From Hymenobacter sp. (GTDB lineage Bacteria > Bacteroidota > Bacteroidia > Cytophagales > Hymenobacteraceae): a stretch of 64,000 nt of DNA. Positions 27,762 through 37,583 of this stretch are shown here, one piece after another. Numbering within the stretch: position 1 is the first letter of the stretch; every line of letters starts with the position of its first letter. A program made the translations under genes and the position numbers. The stretch is from contig NZ_JANNOD010000043.1 in assembly GCF_031398885.1 (NCBI RefSeq), positions 4,415-68,414 of the forward strand, given 5' to 3'. The notes beneath the pieces were generated by a model that did not search any database, had not been told where the DNA came from, and saw only the letters and a program-made list of their open reading frames with translations.

Positions 27762-29492
27762 CTACTCTACCGCCAGGCGCCGGGCCGGGCCGGCGCCGCG
27801 CAGCAGGTAGAGGCCGGCGGGCAGCCCGCCCAGGTCCAGGACCGTTTCGGGTCCGGCCGGGGCAGGGTAGCGGCGCACGGCCCGGCCCAGCGCATCGGTG
27901 AGGGTGAGCGGGGCGCCGGGCGTGCCGGTGGGCAGGCGCAGGGTGGCCGTGTGGCGGGCGGGGTTAGGAAACAGGGCCGCCGGCTCGCGGGGCCCAGCGG
28001 TGGCGGTGGCCGTCAGGGTGGGGTCGGTGAGGGAGGCGAGGAAGCCGAGAATAGTATTGGTGTTCGGGTTGGAGATGGTGGTGGCGCCGAAGCTGGCGGT
28101 GGGGCTGTTAAAATATCCTGCCACGTACACATTGCTGCCGCTCAAAGCCAGCGCGAAGGCATATTCGTTGCCCGCCCCGCCGCCCCGCTGCGCCCAGGCA
28201 AAGCTGCCCGTGGGGCCCGCGTCGGCAAGCTTGGCCACGTACGCGTCGGCAGAGCCACCGGCAGTGTTCGCATTGGCCAGGGTAGTGGCGCCAAAGGCTG
28301 CTGTAGAGCTGATAAAAGCCCCCGATACATACACGCTCGTCCCGTTCACAGCCAAGGCATCGGCGCGGTCGTTGCCCGTGCCGCCGGCCCGCTGGGCCCA
28401 CACGAAACTACTAGTGCTGCCCGCGTCGGCAAGCTTGGCCACGTACGCGTCGGCAGAGTTACCGGTAGTGTTCGCATTAACCAGGGTAGTGGTACCAAAG
28501 CCCGCCGTGAGCCCGCCAAAATACCCCGCCACGTACACGTTATTGCCGCTCACGGCCAGCGCGTTGGCTTGATCGTCACCGATGCTGCCGGCCCGTTGCG
28601 CCCACACGAAACTACTAGTGCTGCCCGCGTCGGTTAGCTTGGCCACGTACGCGTCGTTTATCCCGGTGTTGGTCAGGTTCGTACTGCCAAAGCCCACCGA
28701 GGAGCTGCGAAATTCTCCGGCCATGTACACGCTCGCACCGTTCACGGCCAGCGCGTCGGCGCTGTCGTTGTCTTGGCCGCCGGCCCGCTGCGCCCAGGCA
28801 AAGCTGCCCGTGGGGCCCGCGTCCGTGAGCTTGGCCACGTACGCGTCGGAAGTGAATGCAGCGGTTCTCACATTAATCAGAATGGTGGCGCCAAAGCTGG
28901 CTGTGAAGCTGCGAAATTCCCCGGCCACGTACACGCTCGTTCCTCTCACAGCCAGGGCGGTGGCGAGGTCGTTATCCAGGCCGCCGGCCCGTTGCGCCCA
29001 GGTAAAGCTGCTAGTGCTGCCCGCGTCGGTGAGCTTGGCCACGAACACATCGGCAGAGCCCGCATTGGCCAGGGTGGTGGCTCCGAAGCTGGCCGTAGGG
29101 CTGCGAAATTCCCCGGCCAAGTACACACTCGTCCCGTTCACGGCCAGCGCGTTGGCTTGGTCGTCGCTGCTGCCACCGGCCCGCCGCGCCCACACAAATT
29201 GATTACTGACGGGGCTAAACTTAGCCACGAACACATCATCGCCCCCGACACTGGTGAGCGTAGTGCCGCCCAGCACCACGCTGTTCGCGAAGTACCCCGC
29301 CAAGTACACGTTGCCCGCCGCATCGACAGCCGTAGCCCTCACATAAGAAAAATTTCCCGTTACAGCCGCTGTGGCCGCCGCTACCACGCGGGCCGATTGC
29401 CAAGCCGGGGCTTGGGCGGCGGTCGGGGAAGCCAGGGCGAAGAACAGGCCGGCCAGCAGGCCCGCCATGCGCAGGGAGAAGACGTGCTTCAT
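27762..29492 (-). CDS. T9SS type A cargo: predicted seven-bladed beta-propeller repeat protein
   Basis: Signal peptide; seven VY[LVM][AS]G.F blades with D[AV][YF]VAKL...WAQRAGG repeats; C-terminal ALFPNPAR...GLYLLR CTD. Confidence 0.88.
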   Translation of the reverse strand: MKHVFSLRMAGLLAGLFFALASPTAAQAPAWQSARVVAAATAAVTGNFSYVRATAVDAAGNVYLAGYFANSVVLGGTTLTSVGGDDVFVAKFSPVSNQFVWARRAGGSSDDQANALAVNGTSVYLAGEFRSPTASFGATTLANAGSADVFVAKLTDAGSTSSFTWAQRAGGLDNDLATALAVRGTSVYVAGEFRSFTASFGATILINVRTAAFTSDAYVAKLTDAGPTGSFAWAQRAGGQDNDSADALAVNGASVYMAGEFRSSSVGFGSTNLTNTGINDAYVAKLTDAGSTSSFVWAQRAGSIGDDQANALAVSGNNVYVAGYFGGLTAGFGTTTLVNANTTGNSADAYVAKLADAGSTSSFVWAQRAGGTGNDRADALAVNGTSVYVSGAFISSTAAFGATTLANANTAGGSADAYVAKLADAGPTGSFAWAQRGGGAGNEYAFALALSGSNVYVAGYFNSPTASFGATTISNPNTNTILGFLASLTDPTLTATATAGPREPAALFPNPARHTATLRLPTGTPGAPLTLTDALGRAVRRYPAPAGPETVLDLGGLPAGLYLLRGAGPARRLAVE

Positions 29493-29598
29493 ACAAAGAG
29501 GGAATGGAAGTTAGACCGGCGCCGGACATCGGCCCAACCAAAGATAAGCGCGGGCTGCCGCAGCCGGTCACTCCGCCCCCTCCCCACTGAGAAGAGGG

Positions 29599-32235
29599 CT
29601 AGGGGGCCGCGGTCGCCGCCTCGAACTCGTCCAACCGCTTCAGCGTCCGAGCAATGTCTTCCGTGAGCAGCACCACTACTGCCCCTTCGGGCGCCGTTTT
29701 CAGCACGTGTTCCACGGCGTCCATCTCCCCCTCGATGTAGATAACGGGCAGGTCGGGCTTGTCGAGGCGCAGGCCGCGCTCCATGATTTCGCGCAGGAAC
29801 TCGGCCGACTTGCCGCGCAGGTCGTCGTTCTGGCGCAGCACCACTTCGTCGAAGATGCGGCCGGCGATGCGGGCAAAGGCCAGCGTGTCCTCGTCGCGCC
29901 GGTCGCCGAGGCCCGACACCACCCCGATTTTGCGGGTGGCCGGCGTGGCGTCCATGAACTCGGCGAATTTGGCGATGCCCGCCGTGTTGTGGGCGTAGTC
30001 CACGATGACCTCGAATTGGGGAAACTTGTAGGAGTTCATCCGGCCCGGCGTCTTGGAAGCCGACGGCACGAAGGTGCGGAAGGCGGTTTTGATGTCGTCC
30101 TTGTCGAAGCCAGCCAGGAACCCGGCCAGGGCCGCCGCCAGGCTGTTTTCGATGTTGAAGCCCGCCCGGCCGCCGAAGGTGACCGGAAACTCGGCCGCCC
30201 GGTCGATGCGCAGCTTGTAGCTGTTGCGGTAAATCGTGACGTAGCCTTCCTCGTACACCGCGGCCACGCCGCCGGCCTCCACGTGCTCCAGGATGTGCGG
30301 GTTGTGCTCGTTCATGCTGAAAAGGCCCACCCGGCAGTCCACGGTGCGGGCCATGGCGTACACCAGGTCGTCGTCGGCGTTGAGCACGGCCCAGCCGTTT
30401 TTGCGCACCGTGCGGGGCAGCACGCCCTTCACGGCGGCCATCTCCTCCACGGTGTAGATGTCGCGCAGGCCCAGGTGGTCAGCGGCCACGTTGGTCACCA
30501 CCGCAATGTCGCAGGTGTGGAAGCCCAGGCCCGAGCGCAGCATGCCGCCGCGGGCCGTTTCAAGCACGGCGTAGTCGATGGTGGGGTCGCGCAGCACAAA
30601 CTCGGCGCTGACGCCCCCGGTGCAGTCGCCCTGCTGCAACTGCACGCCCTGGATGTAGATGCCGTCGGTGGTGGTGAAGCCCACTTTGTAGCCCTTGCTG
30701 GCCACGAGATGGGCAATGAGCCGGGTAGTGGTGGTTTTGCCGTTGGTGCCCGTCACGGCGATGATGGGCACGCGGGCCGTACTGCCGGGCGGGAAGAGCA
30801 TGTCCACGACCGGGGCGGCCACGTTGCGCGGCAGGCCCTCGGTGGGCGCGATGTGCATGCGGAAGCCCGGCGCGGCGTTCACCTCAATCACGGCGCCGCG
30901 GCTTTCGTTGAGCGGCACGGCAATATCGGTGGCCATCAGGTCGATGCCGCAGATGTCGAGGCCCACGATGCCGGCCACCCGCTCGGCCAGCAGCACGTTG
31001 TAGGGGTGCATCTGGTCGGTCACGTCGGTGGCCGTGCCGCCGGTGCTGATGTTGGCCGTGCTCTTCAGGTAGAGGACTTCGTCGGCGGGCAGCACCGACT
31101 TCAGGGTTAGCTTCCGGCTCTTCAGGATGTCGAGCGTGTGCTTGTCGGCCTTGATGCTGGTGAGCACCTTTTCGTGGCCGATGCCGCGGCGGGGGTCCTC
31201 GTTGACTTTAGCAATCAACTGCTGGATGCTGCTTTTGCCGTCGCCCTTCACCGCCGCCGGGGTGCGCTTGGCCGCGGCAATGAGCTTGCCGTTCACCACC
31301 AGCAGCCGGAAATCGAAGCCTTCGATGAACTGCTCCACAATCACGGCCCGTGAATACGCCTGCGCCGCCACCAGGCCGGCGGCGGCGCCTTTCCAGTTCA
31401 TGATGCGGATGGTGGCGCCCTTGCCGTGGTTGCCGTCGAGCGGCTTGGTCACGATGGGAAAGCCCAGCTCGTCGATGGCCTCGCGCAGGCCGGCCTCGGA
31501 GTACACGGTGGTGCCGCGCGGCACGGGCACGCCCGCGTCGTGGAGCATGGCCTTGGTGCGGTTCTTGTTGCCGGCCACTTCCACGCCCGCGTGCGAGGTC
31601 AGGCTGGTGGTGGTGGCCCAGATGCGGCGCTGGTTCACGCCGTAGCCCAGCTGAATAATCGACGTGTTTTTGAGCTGGATGTAGGGAATGTTGCGCGAGG
31701 CGGCCTCGGCCACGATGCTGTAGGTGCTCGGCCCAAAAAACTCGTCTTCCCGGATTTCGTGCAGCTCGGTGATGACGGGCTTCAGGTCCACTTTCTCCTT
31801 TTTACACAGGGCTTCCACCACGTCCACGGCGGCCGCAGCGGCGCGGCGGCCGGCACGCTCCTCCTGGTAGGCAAACACCACGTACTCCACGCCGTCTTCC
31901 CGCGCCGGGTAGCTCCTGCCCCAGAACACGGGCATGGCGGCCTGCCGCTGCAGCTCCAGCGCCACGTGCTGAATGACGTGGCCCAGCGGCTCGCCGTCGT
32001 TGAGCTGCTCCAGGCCCAGGGGCGGGTGCTTGGCCGCCTGCTTGCCGCTTACGCCGCCCGGTTGCACCTGCCCAATGTTGGGAAACAGCTTCATCAGCCG
32101 CCCGGCGAAGCCCGGGATGGTATTTGACCACCGGCCGGCAAACTCCTGCAAGTCAACTTTGGCCACGATGAGCTTGTGGTGTTTGACCGACCAGTAGCTC
32201 GGCCCGCGCATGGTGCGGAGGTCAACAATTTTCAT
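29599..32235 (-). CDS. cphA: Cyanophycin synthetase (CphA1 architecture, variant N-domain)
   Basis: MKIVDLRTMRGPSYWS; ATP-grasp KPLDGNHGKG and EVNAAPGFRMH; Mur-like TGTNGKTTTTRL, ETARGG, DYAHN, GDRRD. Confidence 0.93.
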   Translation of the reverse strand: MKIVDLRTMRGPSYWSVKHHKLIVAKVDLQEFAGRWSNTIPGFAGRLMKLFPNIGQVQPGGVSGKQAAKHPPLGLEQLNDGEPLGHVIQHVALELQRQAAMPVFWGRSYPAREDGVEYVVFAYQEERAGRRAAAAAVDVVEALCKKEKVDLKPVITELHEIREDEFFGPSTYSIVAEAASRNIPYIQLKNTSIIQLGYGVNQRRIWATTTSLTSHAGVEVAGNKNRTKAMLHDAGVPVPRGTTVYSEAGLREAIDELGFPIVTKPLDGNHGKGATIRIMNWKGAAAGLVAAQAYSRAVIVEQFIEGFDFRLLVVNGKLIAAAKRTPAAVKGDGKSSIQQLIAKVNEDPRRGIGHEKVLTSIKADKHTLDILKSRKLTLKSVLPADEVLYLKSTANISTGGTATDVTDQMHPYNVLLAERVAGIVGLDICGIDLMATDIAVPLNESRGAVIEVNAAPGFRMHIAPTEGLPRNVAAPVVDMLFPPGSTARVPIIAVTGTNGKTTTTRLIAHLVASKGYKVGFTTTDGIYIQGVQLQQGDCTGGVSAEFVLRDPTIDYAVLETARGGMLRSGLGFHTCDIAVVTNVAADHLGLRDIYTVEEMAAVKGVLPRTVRKNGWAVLNADDDLVYAMARTVDCRVGLFSMNEHNPHILEHVEAGGVAAVYEEGYVTIYRNSYKLRIDRAAEFPVTFGGRAGFNIENSLAAALAGFLAGFDKDDIKTAFRTFVPSASKTPGRMNSYKFPQFEVIVDYAHNTAGIAKFAEFMDATPATRKIGVVSGLGDRRDEDTLAFARIAGRIFDEVVLRQNDDLRGKSAEFLREIMERGLRLDKPDLPVIYIEGEMDAVEHVLKTAPEGAVVVLLTEDIARTLKRLDEFEAATAAP

Positions 32236-32351
32236 AAACGAACGGAAGGGGAAAAGAAACAGCAACGGCCGCTGGTACGGCCCACCGCCCAGCTTGGCCA
32301 CGAAATGTAGGCACAATGTGGCCCAAAACCCGCAGTTACCCGCGCGGACCC

Positions 32352-32390
32352 AAAAAAAGCCCCGCCGGCCAAATGGCGAGCGGGGCTTCC
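32352..32390 (-). terminator. Hairpin/terminator downstream of tRNA-Cys
   Basis: AAAAAAAGCCCCGC...GCGGGGCTT. Confidence 0.6.
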
Positions 32391-32404
32391 TGGTTGGTAA
32401 TCAG

Positions 32405-32475
32405 AGGTGACGGGCGGATTCGAACCGCCGTAGGAGGTTTTGCAGACCTCTACCTAGCCACTCGGTCACGTCACC
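32405..32475 (-). tRNA. tRNA-Cys (GCA)
   Basis: Reverse complement GGTGACG...GAGTGG...GGTCTGCAAAACC...GGTTCGAATCC...CGTCACC-T; anticodon GCA, U73 discriminator, CCA not encoded; -7 promoter at 32497-32504. Confidence 0.96.
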
Positions 32476-32581
32476 AGTAGTGGGCTTTTGGGAGCGCAAA
32501 GGTACGCAGCCCAACCGGGGCAGGCAAGGTGGGCCGCCATTAAAAGTTTACGGCACTGCACCCTGCCCCTTTTCCGCCCCC

Positions 32582-33265
32582 CTACCCCACTTGCCGCGCG
32601 GCTTCGATGAGGAAGCCCGCCACGGCGGTCGGCTGCGAGAAAATGGGCAGGTGGCCAGATGCCACGGAGCGCGTGGTGGCCCCAATCTGTTGGGCCATAG
32701 CCCGCTGCAGGTCCGGGTGCAGGGTCCGGTCATTTTCGGTAACGAGGTACCAGCTGGGCTTGGTCTGCCAGGCCGCGGCCCCCACTGGTTCGCCCTGCGA
32801 AGCCGCGGCCAGCGGGTGCTGGGTCGCAAACAGCAGCCGGCGCTCGGCTTCGACCACGTCGGGGCCCAAATCCTCGTCCAGCCCCTGGCGGGTGATGCGC
32901 ACGAAACCCGCCGCGTCGGCGGTGAAGTGCCGCCCGCCGGCCGCCGCGGGCCCCCGCGCCGAAACATCAACCAAGGACTCCCCCGGGCTGGGCGCGAACG
33001 CGCACACATAGGCCAATCCGGCTACAGCGGGGTGCGTGCCCGCCTCGGTAATGACCACGCCGCCCCACGAGTGGCCTACCAGTAGCGCAGGGCCGTCTTG
33101 CAGCGCCAGCGCGCGGGTGGCGGCGGCCACGTCGTCGGCCAGGCCCGTCAGCGGGTTTTGCACGGCCGTTACCTCCAGGCCCTGGGCTTCCAGCAGCGGA
33201 ATGACCTTGGCCCAGCTGGAGCCGTCGACCAGCCCGCCGTGGACGAGTACAATGTTCTTGACCAT
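32582..33265 (-). CDS. Alpha/beta hydrolase
   Basis: VLVHGG, GHSWGG nucleophile elbow, DRTL, SGHLP. Confidence 0.9.
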   Translation of the reverse strand: MVKNIVLVHGGLVDGSSWAKVIPLLEAQGLEVTAVQNPLTGLADDVAAATRALALQDGPALLVGHSWGGVVITEAGTHPAVAGLAYVCAFAPSPGESLVDVSARGPAAAGGRHFTADAAGFVRITRQGLDEDLGPDVVEAERRLLFATQHPLAAASQGEPVGAAAWQTKPSWYLVTENDRTLHPDLQRAMAQQIGATTRSVASGHLPIFSQPTAVAGFLIEAARQVG

Positions 33266-33288
33266 CTTATCGAGAGCGTTTGCGGGGG

Positions 33289-33783
33289 TTAGTTCGCGGC
33301 TTTGTCGGCCAGATTGGCCAGTGCCTTGTCGATGGCCGCGGCCACCGCACTCAACTCGGGCTTGTTGTACTGGGCCATCACCGGGCCAATTTGGTCGTAG
33401 GTGACCTGCGTGGTGCCCTCACTGTCTTCGTACACGTAAATCTTGGTGGGCAGGTACAAGCCCACTTCGGGCCCACCCGCTTCGAGCAGCTTCTTGGCAG
33501 TGAGGGGATTGCCAATCACGAACAGCACGGCCTTCATGCCGAGGGGTACCCGCGACATCACCTTGCCCCAGTTGAGCAGGGCCACGTTGATGAAGTTGCT
33601 GCGGCCCGCCAGAAATTCCATTTCCTGCGTAAACTCCGCAAAATCCTTGCTCGCGCTGAGCCTGTCGCCCAGCACGTCGGCGCTGGCCCGGCCCATCTCG
33701 GCCTGAATGTCCTTGATGGCCTGCGTGAAGGGTTTGGTCGACGAGATGACGACGTGGGTGTTGGTGAATTCCGTATTGGGCAT
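33289..33783 (-). CDS. DUF302-domain protein
   Basis: IGNPLTAKKLL...VGLYLPTKIYVYED, typical of DUF302. Confidence 0.8.
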   Translation of the reverse strand: MPNTEFTNTHVVISSTKPFTQAIKDIQAEMGRASADVLGDRLSASKDFAEFTQEMEFLAGRSNFINVALLNWGKVMSRVPLGMKAVLFVIGNPLTAKKLLEAGGPEVGLYLPTKIYVYEDSEGTTQVTYDQIGPVMAQYNKPELSAVAAAIDKALANLADKAAN

Positions 33784-33971
33784 GGTCAAAAAAGGGGGCG
33801 GATGGAAGTTATGTGCAAAGCTTGATGCCTTGAAAATAGCAGCGCGGCGGCGCAAAAAAGGGTTGGTACTTTTCCGGCTGAGCGCAGCAACCCGCCACCC
33901 ACCGTTATTACCGACCCATGCCTTACCGTTCCGACCTAAACTCGGCGAACCAGACCAAAGTTTAGGCGCAC

Positions 33972-34004
33972 AAAAAAACCCCGACGCACGCGCCGGGGCT
34001 TCTT
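33972..34004 (-). terminator. Intrinsic terminator after rpsA
   Basis: AAAAAAACCCCG...CGGGGCTTCTT. Confidence 0.7.
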
Positions 34005-34022
34005 CTCAAACCAAGCTAAGCG

Positions 34023-36305
34023 TTAGGCTTTGGCTTCGTCGTCCTTCTTCTGGTCGGCGGCATCGTCGTCGCCGGCAATCAGGTCCTTGGCTTTGTCAAC
34101 CACGTCACTAACTGCTTCCGAAGCCTTGGTGAAAGCTTCCGAGTGAGTCACGGCGTCCACGGCATCGGTTGCGGCGTGCTTCACCTTGTCGAAGGTTTCG
34201 TTGTTCGAAACGGCTTCGGCAGCATCGGCAGCCACTTCCTTCACCTTGTCGAAGGCCGCGGTTGCGGCACCAGCGATGCCGGCGAGCAGGCCAGCTTCAG
34301 CGGCGGGGGCTTCCTCAGCAGCGGGAGCATCGGCTTTGGCGGCCTTGGCCTTGGGGGCCTTGACCGCGGGGGCTTCGACGGCCGGAGCTTCGGCGGCAAC
34401 TTCCGCAGCGGGGGCTTCGGTAACGGGCGCATCAGCGGCGGGTGCGTCGGCGGGCTTGGGGGCCGCGGCTTTCAGCTTCTGCTCGCCGGCCTTGCGCTCG
34501 TTGCCCATCATCTGGTCGCGCAGGGCGCTCAGGGCGTCGAGGTCGCCCAGGGTCGATTTCTCGTCTGTTGGCTTCTTCAGGTCGCTCATCTTGCCTTCGC
34601 CCTGGGGCTCACCGCCCTTGGCGTTGGTCTTCTTCTTGAACTTCGAGTTGCGGTTGTCGTCCTCGGCCGCGGCTTCTTTGTTGAAGATGGCCGTATGCGA
34701 GAGCACAATGCGGCGGTCGTCCTTCGAGAATTCCGTGACGCGGAAGTCCAGCGCCTCGCCGTTCTCGGCGCTGCTGCCGTCCTCTTTCACCAACGACTTG
34801 GGATAGGCGAAGCCCTCGATGCCGTACGGCAATTCGAGCACCGCGCCCCGCTCCGACTTCTCGGTGATGGTGGCCCGGTGCACCGAGCCGGGGGTGAACA
34901 CCGACTGGAACGTATCCCAGGGGTTTTCTTCCAACTGCTTGTGACCCAGGGCCAGGCGCCGGGCGCCGAGGTCCAGCTCCAACACCACCACGTCGAGGCG
35001 GTCGCCCACCTTCACCATTTCCGAAGGGTGCTTGATTTTCTTGGTCCACGACAGGTCCGACACGTGCACGAGGCCGTCCACGCCTTCTTCCAGCTCTACG
35101 AACAGGCCGAAGTTGGTCAGGTTGCGCACTAGGCCGTTGTGCTTGGAGCCCACGGCGTACTTGCCGCCGAAGTCGCCACGGGTCCACGGGTCTTCGCTGA
35201 GCTGCTTGATGCCGAGGCTCATCTTGCGGTCTTCGCGGTCGAGCGTCAGAATCTGCGCTTCCACCGTGTCGCCCTGCTTGATGAAGTCCTGCGGGTTGCG
35301 CAGGTGCTGGCTCCAGCTCATTTCCGACACGTGGATGAGGCCTTCCACACCGGGCACCACTTCCATGAAGGCGCCGTAGTCGGCCACGTTCACGATGCGG
35401 CCCGATACTTTCGAGCCCGGCTGCAGGTCGGCCGGCAGCGAATCCCACGGGTGGGGCGTCAGCTGCTTCAGGCCGAGGCTGATGCGCTTCTTGGCTTCGT
35501 CGAAGTCCAGCACCACGATGTTCAGCTTCTGGTCCAGGGTCAGCACTTCGCTCGGGTGAGCGATGCGGCCCCACGAGATGTCCGTGATGTGCAGCAGACC
35601 GTCAACCCCACCGAGGTCGATGAACACGCCGAAATTGGTCATGTTCTTGATGTTGCCTTCCAGAATCTGGCCTTTCTCCAGGTTGTTCAGGATGGCCTCG
35701 CGCTGCTTCTCGAGGTCTTTCTCGATAAGTACTTTGTGCGAAACCACCACGTTGTCGAACGCGGAGTTGATTTTCACCACCTTCACTTCCATGCGACGGC
35801 CGACGTAAATATCGAAGTCGCGGATGGGCTTCACGTCGATTTGTGAGCCGGGCAGGAAGGCTTCCACGCCGTCAAGCTCCATGATGAGGCCGCCTTTGGT
35901 GCGACGCTTCACCACGCCTTCGAGGATGGTGTCCAGCTCCAAGGCATCGTAAATGGCCTTCCAGGCCTGCTTGATTTTGGCTTTCTTGCGGCTCAGGATG
36001 AGCTGGCCGTTGGCGTCTTCCTGGTCTTCGATGAAGACCTCCACCTCGTCGCCGATTTTCAGGTCGGGCAGGTCGCGGAATTCGGTAATCGACACCAGAC
36101 CATCGGATTTAAAACCGATGTTCAGAATCACATCGCGGTCGGTGATGCCCACCACGGTGCCCTTCACTACTTCTTCTTCCTGGACGGTCGTGAGCGTGTC
36201 GCCGTACATCTGCTCCATCTCGGCGCGCTGGTCAGCCGAGTAGTTTCCACCGAAACCAGTGGCTCCGACATTATCCCAGTCGAAATCGTCAATCAATTCT
36301 GCCAT
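34023..36305 (-). CDS. rpsA: 30S ribosomal protein S1 with a long C-terminal extension (760 aa)
   Basis: Six S1 repeats (FLPGSQID, GLLHITDISW, GLIHVSEMSW, GLVHVSDLSW), KSTLGDLDAL motif, then a 160-aa Ala/Glu/Lys tail. Confidence 0.97.
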   Translation of the reverse strand: MAELIDDFDWDNVGATGFGGNYSADQRAEMEQMYGDTLTTVQEEEVVKGTVVGITDRDVILNIGFKSDGLVSITEFRDLPDLKIGDEVEVFIEDQEDANGQLILSRKKAKIKQAWKAIYDALELDTILEGVVKRRTKGGLIMELDGVEAFLPGSQIDVKPIRDFDIYVGRRMEVKVVKINSAFDNVVVSHKVLIEKDLEKQREAILNNLEKGQILEGNIKNMTNFGVFIDLGGVDGLLHITDISWGRIAHPSEVLTLDQKLNIVVLDFDEAKKRISLGLKQLTPHPWDSLPADLQPGSKVSGRIVNVADYGAFMEVVPGVEGLIHVSEMSWSQHLRNPQDFIKQGDTVEAQILTLDREDRKMSLGIKQLSEDPWTRGDFGGKYAVGSKHNGLVRNLTNFGLFVELEEGVDGLVHVSDLSWTKKIKHPSEMVKVGDRLDVVVLELDLGARRLALGHKQLEENPWDTFQSVFTPGSVHRATITEKSERGAVLELPYGIEGFAYPKSLVKEDGSSAENGEALDFRVTEFSKDDRRIVLSHTAIFNKEAAAEDDNRNSKFKKKTNAKGGEPQGEGKMSDLKKPTDEKSTLGDLDALSALRDQMMGNERKAGEQKLKAAAPKPADAPAADAPVTEAPAAEVAAEAPAVEAPAVKAPKAKAAKADAPAAEEAPAAEAGLLAGIAGAATAAFDKVKEVAADAAEAVSNNETFDKVKHAATDAVDAVTHSEAFTKASEAVSDVVDKAKDLIAGDDDAADQKKDDEAKA

Positions 36306-36822
36306 AAAACAGCGGTTGGGCACCTCTTGGATAAACGTAACGGCCGATGCCCGGGCCCCTACGCGGTTCTGGTTGAACACCTTGCCGTTAGTTGGCAAGG
36401 CCCGCCACCCTGGCGGGGGCGCAAAGGTACGGGATTTGAAACAGGTTAGCTAATTTCGTTTGCCGTTTTGTACTGTGAATAATCGTCTAGTCAATGAGAG
36501 CTTTTCTTTTGCTTTCGCTATTTCTAAGCGGTTGTACCATTCTGGCTACCAAGTCAAAATTCGCTGGTAAGCCCTCTGTCGCTCCTGGCACTTTAGTAGC
36601 GCTAACTACTACTAGAGTTTCCGTGCCAACAGGCCGTGGTATAGAGCACGACACGCTTTTCGCTGCTGACAGCTTATTCGCTAAAAAGTTGACTGTTCAA
36701 CTTGCCGCTGCTACCGGATGGCGAGTCATTTATGTAGGCGAAGCAAGAAATTTCAAAAAGCTTTACCCTACTTCAGAAACATTTAATCTTGCTAGGTTGT
36801 ACGGACAATTAGTTTTGCGTTC

Positions 36823-37197
36823 GTGAAGGAATTAGACGAAATCAGTGACCGCACGTGGGCGTTGTTGGCCCCGCACCTAGCGGGCAAAGCTGGAGACGTG
36901 GGCCGCACGGCCGGCGACAACCGCCTGTTTTTGAACGCCGTGCTCTGGATTGCCCGCCACGGGGCCGCGTGGCGGGCGCTGCCGGCCCGCTTCGGCAAGG
37001 CCGACACGCAGCGCAAGCGCTGCCGGCGCTGTGCGCAAACGGGCGTGTGGAAACGGCTGTTTGAGGCCGTGCAGGAGCCGGATTTGGACTGGGTCATGCT
37101 CGACTCGACCGTCGTGCGGGCCCACGCGCAGGCGGCGGGCAGCCGAAAAAAAGCCGCGTCGGCGACGAGGCCCTCGGCCGCAGCCGCGGCGGGTTGA
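36823..37197 (+). CDS. IS5-family transposase OrfA
   Basis: DNRLFLNAVLWIARHGAAWRALPARFG, MLDSTVVRAH; A7 run near 37146 puts OrfB in the -1 frame. Confidence 0.85.
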   Translation: MKELDEISDRTWALLAPHLAGKAGDVGRTAGDNRLFLNAVLWIARHGAAWRALPARFGKADTQRKRCRRCAQTGVWKRLFEAVQEPDLDWVMLDSTVVRAHAQAAGSRKKAASATRPSAAAAAG

Positions 37198-37583
37198 CGA
37201 CCAAGGTGCACGCCCTGGTCGATGCGTTGGGCAATCCGCTGCGCCTGGTGCTCGGCCCGGGCCAGCAAGCGGATTGCCGCCGGGCCGCCGAGTTGCTGGC
37301 CGGGGCCCGGGGGACCGGCAACGTACTGGCGGACAAAGCCTACGACGCCGACAGCATCGTGGCCCTGGTCGAAGAACTCGGCGCGGCGGCGGTCATTCCC
37401 AGCAAGAAAAACCGCCTCGTCCACCGCGTGATTGACCGCAACCTGTACCGCGACCGCAACAAAGTGGAGCGCTTTTTCAGCCGACTCAAGCAATTTCGCC
37501 GCCTGGCCACGCGCTACGACAAGACGGCCAGCAGCTTTTTGGGCATGCTCCATTTCGTTTCCGCTTTACTTTGGTTGCGTTAA
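37194..37583 (+). CDS. IS5-family transposase OrfB (DDE domain)
   Basis: GRSRGGLTTKVH, LADKAYD, YRDRNKVERFFSRLKQFRRLATRYDK. Confidence 0.9.
   Translation: MTTKVHALVDALGNPLRLVLGPGQQADCRRAAELLAGARGTGNVLADKAYDADSIVALVEELGAAAVIPSKKNRLVHRVIDRNLYRDRNKVERFFSRLKQFRRLATRYDKTASSFLGMLHFVSALLWLR

Noticed and set aside
32405-33800. Genomic island integrated at tRNA-Cys
   Set aside because: No integrase and no duplicated tRNA 3' end found; cphA follows the tRNA terminator directly
36306-36420. Structured rpsA leader (CCTTGCC/GGCAAGG and CCCGCCA/TGGCGGG hairpins) as an autoregulatory element
   Set aside because: Plausible, but short GC-rich stems cannot be supported without a comparative alignment
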